62,950 nt of DNA from a virus (Duplodnaviria > Caudoviricetes), in IMG/VR virus record IMGVR_UViG_3300050343_000162, positions 1-62,950 of that record; one strand, given 5' to 3'. Numbering within the stretch: the first letter of the stretch is position 1; every line of letters begins with the position of its first letter. The translations under genes were made by a program, and so were the position numbers. Positions 34,346-42,850 of this stretch are shown here, in pieces. A model generated the notes under the pieces. That model was not told where the DNA came from. It did not search any database and worked only from the letters and a program-made list of their open reading frames with translations.

Positions 34346-35618
34346 ATGCAAGAATATAAAAATTTCCTCACACCCGAGGAGTGTCAAGAATTAATTAAAA
34401 TGATTGACGCAAACCACAGTAGATCATCAGTTGTTGAGGGTGGAACCGATAGAACTGCAATATCTGATTACAGAACATCAAGCACCTGTAATCTTGACTC
34501 CTAACAACCCATTAATTAAAAGTATACATAACAGAATAGCTGATTTATTAGGTATAGATATTAAAAAAGGTGAAGCTTTACAAGGGCAACTTTATGAGGT
34601 AGGACAATATTTTAAACAACATAATGATTTTTTTGAAGGAGCTGGATACGATATGCATTGCAAAGCCTCTGGCAATAGAACGCATACTTTTATGGTATAT
34701 TTAAATGAAGGAATTAAAGGAGGTGGAACTAATTTTCCAAATCTTAATAAAGTTGTAGAGCCTGAATTAGGTAAGGCTTTAATGTGGGAAAATATGAAAG
34801 ATGGAGAATTGCAACACCAATACCTGCATGAAGGTGTTTCTGTTGAAGAGGGTAAAAAATATATTGTTACATCTTGGTGGAGAGAAAAATCGTGGGATGG
34901 AGCTGGGGATGAAAAATTAGCATCCCAACCGCAAGAAAAACCTAAACAAGAAATACAAAAAAAATCATATATAGTTAAATCCTCTGAATTAACTAAAGAA
35001 GCTGAAAAAGAACAAATAAAAATTCAACCAGTTAAATATACCCATAAAGACCAGATACCTAAATTTACAGAATTAGGATTTTCTTTAGTAAAATGCCCTG
35101 AAGAAACATGGAATATTATAAAAGATTCTTATGAGATACTAAAGGGTAAGATTACCAACGAGCAATTTGCGGGTAAAGAAGATATTATAAAAGGTGGAGA
35201 AAGCGAAATAATGTCATTCGATCATTTGCCTTCAATTAAAAAAATTATACACGAACAACTTTTAACAATTCATCAAAACTGGATTAAGGTTCAAAATATA
35301 ATTCCATCTGCTATATATGGAATTAGGTCATATAAAAGAGGTGCAACTTTATCAAAGCATGTAGACCGAGTAGAAACTCATCATATAAGTTCTATTATTA
35401 TTGTAGATAAAGATTTAAATTGTGGCTGTCAAAACAGAAAATATGGAGACGATTGGCCATTAGATATTCAAGGGCATGATGGAGAATGGTATAAAGTTTT
35501 TGCTGAGCCAGGAGACATGATTATGTATGAGTCAGCAATATGTGAACACGGAAGAGAAGAAGCTTTTCAAGGCACTCATTATAGAAATTTTTATGTTCAT
35601 TATAAATTAACAAATTAA
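34346..35618 (+). CDS. Prolyl 4-hydroxylase fused to a second 2OG-Fe(II) oxygenase domain (one frameshift near 34500)
   Basis: Off-track N-terminus MQEYKNFLTPEECQELI..RSSV..RTSS; ALQGQLYEVGQYFKQHND, MVYLN..GGGTNFP, LHEG..V.EG.KY..TSW; second domain YGIRSY..LSKHVD...CEHGR. Confidence 0.85.
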
Positions 35619-35625
35619 ATTTTAT

Positions 35626-36642
35626 ATGAGTAAAACAATACTTATAACAGGCGGCGCAGGTTTTATTGCTCATCATGTGATTGAAGAAATATTAAATAAA
35701 ACTGATTGGAACGTTATAAGTTTAGACAGGTTAGATTTTAGTGGCAACTTAAATAGGCTACAAGATATAGTTGGAGAACGAAAAGATAAGAAAAGAGTTA
35801 AAGTCGTTTATCATGATTTAAAAGCACCTTTAAATTCACAAATTATTTCCTCTATAGGCAGGGTAGATTACATTGCACATCTTGCCGCAGGCTCACATGT
35901 AGATAGAAGTATAGATTATCCAATGGAATTTGTTCTTGATAATGTAGTCGGAACTGCTAATATTCTTGATTATGCTAAAAGCATAGACAGCTTAGATAAG
36001 TTTGTATATTTCAGCACGGATGAAGTATTTGGTCCAGCTCCTAAAGAAATAAACTACAAAGAGAACGACAGATATAACTCTACTAATCCATACAGCGCAA
36101 CCAAAGCAGGGGCAGAAGAATTAGTTGTGGCTTATGAAAATACTTATAGGATGCCAAACATAATCACTCATACCATGAATGTATTTGGTGAAAGACAACA
36201 TCCTGAAAAGTTTATACCTATGTGTATTAACAAGATTTTAAAAGGAGAAAAAATATTTATACACGGCAACAAAGAAAAAACCTTAGCTGGGAGCAGGCAC
36301 TATATTCATGCTAAAGATGTAGCTGATGCCCTGTTGTTTTTACTCCAAAATAACACCCCATCTGTTGCTGATGAAACTGGCATCAAGTGTCCTAAATTTA
36401 ACATAGTCGGTTCAGAGGAAATTGATAATCTATCATTAGCTTTATATATTGCTGATGTACTTGATAAAAAATTAAATTATGAAATAATTGATTTTCATTC
36501 TTCAAGACCAGGGCATGATTTACGCTACGCTCTTTGTGGAAATAAAATGAAACAAATGGGGTGGACACCGAGTGAAGTATATAAAAAGTTAAAAGAAACA
36601 GTCAATTGGACTGTGTCTAACAATATATGGCTTAAAATATAA
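35626..36642 (+). CDS. NDP-glucose 4,6-dehydratase (RmlB-like extended SDR)
   Basis: GGAGFIA, HLAAGSHVDRS, STDEVFG, YSATK, QHPEKFIP, RPGHDLRY. Confidence 0.92.
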   Translation: MSKTILITGGAGFIAHHVIEEILNKTDWNVISLDRLDFSGNLNRLQDIVGERKDKKRVKVVYHDLKAPLNSQIISSIGRVDYIAHLAAGSHVDRSIDYPMEFVLDNVVGTANILDYAKSIDSLDKFVYFSTDEVFGPAPKEINYKENDRYNSTNPYSATKAGAEELVVAYENTYRMPNIITHTMNVFGERQHPEKFIPMCINKILKGEKIFIHGNKEKTLAGSRHYIHAKDVADALLFLLQNNTPSVADETGIKCPKFNIVGSEEIDNLSLALYIADVLDKKLNYEIIDFHSSRPGHDLRYALCGNKMKQMGWTPSEVYKKLKETVNWTVSNNIWLKI

Positions 36643-37476
36643 ATGATAAGATTTTTACCTAGCGCAATAGTTGATCCTCGATATAAATGGATGGCAAACT
36701 TTTGGGCATACTGCCAAAAAAAAGTATACGGTAAGGATGCTTTATATAATAGTCTAGTAACTATTGTTAATCAAAATACATATAATAGTAAAGTATATAA
36801 TTCAGTCGATTGGGATTTACTTGGATTGCCTCATTACATAAGCCCTCCCGTTTGGAATTACGTTGATAGTAAAAATGATTTATGTATAGTAATTAATGTA
36901 GTATCTTCTTTAAAACCCCTGCTTAAAGATTTTGATGACAACGATACTTTAGTATTGTGTGATATGGATATGGTTTTATTAAAACCGTATGATAGTATTT
37001 TACCTGACGACAACACTATTATTTGTTATGATGGTTACGAGGATTGGCACATGTTTATAGCTAATAAAGAAAAACAAAACTATAATAAAATAGTACCGTA
37101 TTTAAAACATCAAGACCAGGGGTATATGAATGGTGGCTTTGTTCCTATTTTTATAAAAGCAAAACTATTAAAAAAAATTATAGATGAATTAATAGCAACT
37201 GCTGAAGAAATTGTGGAGTCTGAAGAAGATCCACCATGGAAATGGTGGAGCTGTATGACTGCTTTATCAATAGTATGCCATAACAATAAAATTAAAATGG
37301 TTGGTCAAGATAATACCTATATACCTAATTTTAATAAGTATAACCAAGACAAACATTACTTCGCCCATTATAGCGTAGACCCTATATTTAACAAAAGAAC
37401 TTTTCCTAATCATAAAATAGACGAGTATCCAAACAACTCTTTTTATAACGTTATTAAGGAATGGATTGTCCGATAA
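36643..37476 (+). CDS. GT-A glycosyltransferase resembling hydroxyproline O-arabinosyltransferase (GT95) / peptidyl-Ser galactosyltransferase (GT96)
   Basis: RYKWMANFWAYCQKK, IVIN, LCDMDMVLLKP (DxD), VPIFIKAKLLKKI, WWSCMTALS, AHYS..FNKR in the HPAT motif order. Confidence 0.65.
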   Translation: MIRFLPSAIVDPRYKWMANFWAYCQKKVYGKDALYNSLVTIVNQNTYNSKVYNSVDWDLLGLPHYISPPVWNYVDSKNDLCIVINVVSSLKPLLKDFDDNDTLVLCDMDMVLLKPYDSILPDDNTIICYDGYEDWHMFIANKEKQNYNKIVPYLKHQDQGYMNGGFVPIFIKAKLLKKIIDELIATAEEIVESEEDPPWKWWSCMTALSIVCHNNKIKMVGQDNTYIPNFNKYNQDKHYFAHYSVDPIFNKRTFPNHKIDEYPNNSFYNVIKEWIVR

Positions 37477-37497
37477 AAGACATTGCATTTAAATTCG

Positions 37498-37505
37498 TAT
37501 TTTTG
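37498..37505 (+). promoter_or_regulatory. -7 promoter element TATTTTTG
   Basis: Upstream of the ATG at 37522. Confidence 0.5.
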
Positions 37506-37521
37506 TAGTTATTAATCAATA

Positions 37522-40113
37522 ATGAGTTGTAAAGAATCTAAAATAATATGTCCAATAGGGGCAACAGGAGGAGAGTGTACATTTGATATTTTATGTTGTG
37601 GTGATTTAGAAGACCAGTATTCATCCCATACTATAAGCGCTGGTGTACAAAAAACAGTTTGTGTACAAGACAGTGATTTAGAACCTGTAATTGTTACATC
37701 TATATCAGGTAGTAGAACGAACTCATCAGTAGTTTGTAGTTCTTTTTGTGGAGAATTAAATCCTGCTCCAAGCCCAAGCCCTTCACCTGCTCCAAGCCCA
37801 AGCCCTTCACCAACACCTACTCCAACTTCAGGATGTCAATGTTATCAATTGTTATATGAAGATGCTGGAACAGCAACTATAAATTACACAGCGTGTGGTG
37901 GTGGAGCAACAAGTATAGTAATAAATCCTTTAACGTTATATTATATATGTTCTACAACAACTCCTACTACTAGTGACCCGGCTGTAACAATATCAGCGTT
38001 TGGCAGTCCAGGCGGGTGTACAACAAATACAGATTGTGACCCAAATCCTCCGACTCCAACACCAGTACCGACGCCTACGCCGACACCAGGGCCAACACCA
38101 ACACCCGTGCCAGCCCCTACTCCGACACCTACGCCTCTTCCGACACCCACACCTGTGCCAACTGGTGTTCAGTGTTATGAATGGACATTGGTATGTCCAA
38201 GTGGCTCCATAGGTTGTTCTTATGAATTTATAGATTGTAATGCAGTAACACAAACAGGAACTCTTGCTCCTGACACAGATATAGATGCGTGTGTTTTATT
38301 CCCAAACACACCTCAAGTAACAAATGGAACAGCTATAGAAACAGGAGTGGCTTGTCAAGCCCCTAGCCCTAGCCCTAGCCCTAGCCCTGGTCCTGCTCCA
38401 ACACCTACACCTAGCCCTACTCCAACTCCTTCATCTGGATGTACCGAATGGACTTTATTATGTCCGAGTGGCGCTTCTAGTTGTACTTATTATTATAGGG
38501 ACTGTGATAACGTAGTACAAACTGGTACTATGTCACCAGATTTTGATTTTGATGCTTGTGTTTTAGCGGGCAACATACCTACTGTGCAAAACGGAAGCAC
38601 GTTTAACACAAATCAACCTTGTGATCCAACGCCAAGTCCTGCACCCTCACCAGTTTATGAATATAAAGAATACAGTAAGTGTAACGACAGCAGTACAGTT
38701 CAAGTATTTTATGGACCTAGTGGATATAATTTTCCTTCAGTAGTGGTTTACAATGAAAGTTGTTATGAAAATCCACAGCCCACTGGAACTTCTACAGGAG
38801 CTAACATTTTAGGACTCCCAACATATTCTAATTGTACAGATTGTTTGGATGTAAATCCAGACCCTAACTTTTGTTTAGGGTTAACCAATACAGTATTAAT
38901 TGTTAATAGAGGTTCAGGTAATGAATATGAATTTAATGGGCAAGATGGTAACCCATACGGAACATCAACAGGAACATACACGCTATTATCTGTTCCATCT
39001 GCACACCCTATTGCTATATTAAATAATGGTAAAGAGTCTTTAATTTCATACACAGGAACTACTAGCGCAGGTACAGGGACAGCTCCAGATGGAAACACAT
39101 ACACATATTATATCGGTGACGTTACATTGACGGTAACCGGAGATTACCAGACAGTAAGTTATGCTTGTTTATATCACGGATATATGGGTGGTCAAGACAA
39201 CTTAGGATTTAATTCTACAGTTTGTAGTGTGCCGCCAGCGCCTAGTCCATCGCCTGGACCAAGCCCTACACCGACACCCTCAAGCGTAGTTCCTCCTATA
39301 CCATCGCCTGTAGATACGGAGTACACTTTAACATATAGTCAAACGTCTAAAGGGTGGCCTTCTTTTTATTCTTATATACCAAATTTTATGCTTGGTATGA
39401 ATCAGTATTTTTATTCATTTGATGCAGGAAATCTTTATCAACATAATGTAAATGGAAGTAGAAATAATTTTTATGGACAGCAATATAGTTCTCAAATAAC
39501 GACGGTGTTTAATCAAAACCCGCTTGAGAATAAAATATTTAAAACTATCAATTTAGAATCAGATCAGGCGTGGCAAGCGAATTTAGAAACAGATATACAA
39601 CAAAACGGATTTATTGAAAGCACTTGGTTTAAAGAAAAAGAAGGTGCTTATTTTGCATTCCTAAGACAAAACGGAGAAGTGCCAGCGCTTCCAGGACAAT
39701 ACGCAATGAGGTCAGCTAACGGAATAGGAAAATCAGTAAGTTATACAACTGTCGGCAGCACCACAACTTTAAATTTTTCTACTAACCCTGTTGTTGAAAT
39801 TGGAAACATTGTAAGTATTGGAGATTATTTATATTTTTCCCTACCAAGCTATACTAGTATAAGTTTAGCTGGAAAGATAACAAATATTAATATTAATATA
39901 CGTACAGGCATAAACCAGATATCAATAGATACAAGTATATCTGGTGCTATACCGATAACTATTCAAGATGCGTTTATACTTTATATTAAAAGTTCTGTTG
40001 CAGAATCCCACGGTTTACTTGGTCACTATTGTATATTTACTTTAATAAATGATAGCACTAAATCCACCGAACTCTTTGCAGTTGAATCCGAAGTAATGAA
40101 AAGCTATCCGTAA
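37522..40113 (+). CDS. Virion protein: N-terminal Pro/Thr/Ser tracts and Cys repeats, cupredoxin-like domain, C-terminal stabilization-protein-like domain
   Basis: (PS/PT)n tracts, two CxEWTLxCPSG repeats, HP...CLYHGYMGG, then TLTYS..SKGWPSFYSY...TELFAVESEV. Confidence 0.8.
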   Translation: MSCKESKIICPIGATGGECTFDILCCGDLEDQYSSHTISAGVQKTVCVQDSDLEPVIVTSISGSRTNSSVVCSSFCGELNPAPSPSPSPAPSPSPSPTPTPTSGCQCYQLLYEDAGTATINYTACGGGATSIVINPLTLYYICSTTTPTTSDPAVTISAFGSPGGCTTNTDCDPNPPTPTPVPTPTPTPGPTPTPVPAPTPTPTPLPTPTPVPTGVQCYEWTLVCPSGSIGCSYEFIDCNAVTQTGTLAPDTDIDACVLFPNTPQVTNGTAIETGVACQAPSPSPSPSPGPAPTPTPSPTPTPSSGCTEWTLLCPSGASSCTYYYRDCDNVVQTGTMSPDFDFDACVLAGNIPTVQNGSTFNTNQPCDPTPSPAPSPVYEYKEYSKCNDSSTVQVFYGPSGYNFPSVVVYNESCYENPQPTGTSTGANILGLPTYSNCTDCLDVNPDPNFCLGLTNTVLIVNRGSGNEYEFNGQDGNPYGTSTGTYTLLSVPSAHPIAILNNGKESLISYTGTTSAGTGTAPDGNTYTYYIGDVTLTVTGDYQTVSYACLYHGYMGGQDNLGFNSTVCSVPPAPSPSPGPSPTPTPSSVVPPIPSPVDTEYTLTYSQTSKGWPSFYSYIPNFMLGMNQYFYSFDAGNLYQHNVNGSRNNFYGQQYSSQITTVFNQNPLENKIFKTINLESDQAWQANLETDIQQNGFIESTWFKEKEGAYFAFLRQNGEVPALPGQYAMRSANGIGKSVSYTTVGSTTTLNFSTNPVVEIGNIVSIGDYLYFSLPSYTSISLAGKITNININIRTGINQISIDTSISGAIPITIQDAFILYIKSSVAESHGLLGHYCIFTLINDSTKSTELFAVESEVMKSYP

Positions 40114-40135
40114 AAATTAGTATCTTTACACTAGT

Positions 40136-40543
40136 ATGGACTTTAGTATAAGAAAATTAAAGACATCTGATTATGATGAGTTATTGGTAGGGTGGTGGAA
40201 AGATTGGGGGTGGAAACCTCCAGAAAGAGAAGTATTGCCAGATAATGCTAAATCAGGGTTAATAATTTTTGATAAAACTAAACCTATATGCGCTGGTTTT
40301 ATTTATTTAACTAACTCCAAGGTTGCGTTAATTGAATGGGTAATATCAGATAAAAAATATAATGATAAAAGAAAAAAAGTAAAAGCTTTAAATTTATTAA
40401 TAGACGCATTAATATTAACTTGCAGCATATTAAAGATTAAATATATAAAAGCTGATAATGAAAGTAAAAGTTTAACAAAAGCTTTTATAAAAAAAGGTTT
40501 TGAAAAAGGAGATATAGTTACACATCTAATAAAAAAAATATAA
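40136..40543 (+). CDS. GNAT-fold-like protein preceding internal virion genes
   Basis: IRKL..SDY, PICAGFIY, EWVISD, terminal KKGF; position typical of podoviral acetyltransferase-like genes. Confidence 0.55.
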   Translation: MDFSIRKLKTSDYDELLVGWWKDWGWKPPEREVLPDNAKSGLIIFDKTKPICAGFIYLTNSKVALIEWVISDKKYNDKRKKVKALNLLIDALILTCSILKIKYIKADNESKSLTKAFIKKGFEKGDIVTHLIKKI

Positions 40544-40544
40544 T

Positions 40545-41207
40545 ATGGGAGCAGGATTCGGAAACATAGCAGATACAGCAACTAAAGCCACTGGCGCAGC
40601 GGGAGGTGGTGGATTCTTAGGTAGTTTAGGTGGAGCTTTAGGTAAAATAGCTGGGCCATTAGGGTTGGTTACAGGTATTGCTGGTTCAATAATGAGTTTT
40701 AGTCAAGCAAAAAAACAAAGAGAAATGCAACAAGAAGCTCAACGTGAAGCTGATAAAGCATTTAAAGAAGCTCAAGACAAATTAGAAGTTAATTATTTAG
40801 AAGGTCTCTCAATAGCTAAAGAACCTTATGAATTAGAAAGAGAAGCCTTACTTCAAGCTGGAGCTTCAGCCTTACAAGCTGGAGTAGAAGGAGAAACTAG
40901 AGGGGCGGCTGCAGTAGCAGGGCAAGCCTTGATGGCTCAGCAAGCAGGGGCAGCAGGACAAAGAGCGGCAATGTCTAGAGAAATGCAACAACTACAGCAG
41001 TTAGCCGCACAAGAAGAGTCAAGGCTACAAGGCGCAAGAGTTGAATTAGATTTAGGAAAAGCTAAAGGATATCAAGCGCAGTTAGCTGATTTAAGAGCTA
41101 GTGAGGCAGCATCAAGATTACAGGGGGTGCAAGGAATTGCTCAAACATCTGGTGATTTATTTAAAGCATTTACTCCTTTATATAATCCTAACGAACAAGA
41201 TTCATAG
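40545..41207 (+). CDS. Putative ejection (internal virion) protein 1
   Basis: Gly/Ala-rich hydrophobic N-terminus plus Gln/Ala coiled coil. Confidence 0.65.
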   Translation: MGAGFGNIADTATKATGAAGGGGFLGSLGGALGKIAGPLGLVTGIAGSIMSFSQAKKQREMQQEAQREADKAFKEAQDKLEVNYLEGLSIAKEPYELEREALLQAGASALQAGVEGETRGAAAVAGQALMAQQAGAAGQRAAMSREMQQLQQLAAQEESRLQGARVELDLGKAKGYQAQLADLRASEAASRLQGVQGIAQTSGDLFKAFTPLYNPNEQDS

Positions 41208-41210
41208 ATT

Positions 41211-42848
41211 ATGGCATACGGATACGTAAGAGATAAAGAACCGCTAGGTATAAACTGGGCAGAGATATCAAAAAATTTTAATGATAGACTAGCTGCTGAT
41301 GAGGCAGAGAGACAGGGTAAAAGAGATGACATACAAAAACAGTATGATGAGTTATCTCAAGAGCTTATAGATAAACCTACTGGGGCTGATATAGATTTAA
41401 ATAGCGCTATATCATCTTTTTCTACACAAGCTTCACAAGCTTCATTAGATGCATTAAACAGACTTAAAAGAGGGGAAATATCAGAGCAAGAATATTACAA
41501 TCGTAGAGCTAATCTTAAAAGTAGTACAAGTAATTTATTTTTGTATGCTAATAATTTTAATAGTCAATTAGAGGAAAATTTAAAATTAATACAGTCGCAA
41601 GACCCAGACAACCAAGGTTCAGGTAGGATGGCTTTTCAAATGGCTTTGGCTCAAGACATGTTAAATTTTAAAAATACCGTAGCTATAATAGATCCAGCAA
41701 CTGATGAGGTGATGTTGGTTAAAACAGATGAAGAAGGAAATCCAACTAATGAAGTGGTGAGTGTTTCACAGTTAGGAAATCTTTCAAGTCAAAAAGAAAA
41801 TTCATATAACTATAAAGGTAGGATAGCTAGAGCTTTAGAAAATAGAGGAGTGGCAAAATACACCAAGGATGGTAAAGTGATAACAACAATACAAGGAGTG
41901 GATATAAAGCCTGGGACTGCTACAGCAACAATAGATAAATTAGCGGAATCATTTGTAGGAGATGAGTCACAAATTCTAAGTATATTATATCAAAATGGCT
42001 ATCAATATACTCAAGATGAAAGTTTAAAAGGAAAAGATAAGTACATATATTATGATATAAAAAATGGTACTTACGATTATGATAAAGATAAAGCTGTTGA
42101 TTTTGTAAAAGAAGATATAAATAATTCTATACCGGTAGAAGTAAAAGATGAATTAACTACTTTTCAGAAAGCAAATTTAGAAAATCAAAAATTAAACAGA
42201 GAAGAATCAATTAGACAATTTAATATTAAAATTGCGTTAGATAGAGAAAGACTGGGTATAGAAAGTGGAAATCAAGAAGGAGTTAATTCACCATTAAATA
42301 TAATTCAAACTACTGACGGAAGACAGATTGCTGGAAATAATTATATAAGAACAATTTCTGAAAATAATTTTAAAAATTTTAAAAATAAAAAAGATGTATC
42401 TATTAATTTATCAGAAGTATTAAAAGAGGCAGATATTCCAGGTGTCACTATTACATATACAGAAGGAGGTCAAGATGTTTCGCCTATAACTGACTTAGTT
42501 AAATCACAAGGAGGGCTTACAAATGTCCCAATGGGTCACTTTGTAACTGGTTCAAGCAGTAATCCTACCATTAGAACACTGGAAACAATAGATATATTTG
42601 TTCCTGAAATAATGGATCAACCAATTAGAATTCCTATAACCGAAACAATTAGCGAGGATATTGAAAGAGTTTTTACTGTAATTGAATTAAGAAAAAAAGG
42701 AGGCGATAAAATCATTGGAAACGAAATAAACTTTATACCTTTTAATGAGTACTATAACCCTATATCAAGACAAGAAGAGGTAGTAGAAGAGGTTGAAAAC
42801 GAATCGGTAAATAATAGTAATAGAGCAACTGGTTTTAATCCTGATTAA
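41211..42848 (+). CDS. Putative ejection protein 2
   Basis: 545 aa, helical, between ejection-like genes. Confidence 0.6.
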   Translation: MAYGYVRDKEPLGINWAEISKNFNDRLAADEAERQGKRDDIQKQYDELSQELIDKPTGADIDLNSAISSFSTQASQASLDALNRLKRGEISEQEYYNRRANLKSSTSNLFLYANNFNSQLEENLKLIQSQDPDNQGSGRMAFQMALAQDMLNFKNTVAIIDPATDEVMLVKTDEEGNPTNEVVSVSQLGNLSSQKENSYNYKGRIARALENRGVAKYTKDGKVITTIQGVDIKPGTATATIDKLAESFVGDESQILSILYQNGYQYTQDESLKGKDKYIYYDIKNGTYDYDKDKAVDFVKEDINNSIPVEVKDELTTFQKANLENQKLNREESIRQFNIKIALDRERLGIESGNQEGVNSPLNIIQTTDGRQIAGNNYIRTISENNFKNFKNKKDVSINLSEVLKEADIPGVTITYTEGGQDVSPITDLVKSQGGLTNVPMGHFVTGSSSNPTIRTLETIDIFVPEIMDQPIRIPITETISEDIERVFTVIELRKKGGDKIIGNEINFIPFNEYYNPISRQEEVVEEVENESVNNSNRATGFNPD

Positions 42849-42850
42849 AA

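Noticed and set aside
34346-37476. Cassette as a DNA hypermodification (TET/JBP plus glycosyltransferase) system
   Set aside because: The oxygenase motifs match peptide P4H rather than TET/JBP, and the genes lie in the tail module between Pro-rich proteins, far from the replication genes; not fully excluded for domain 2
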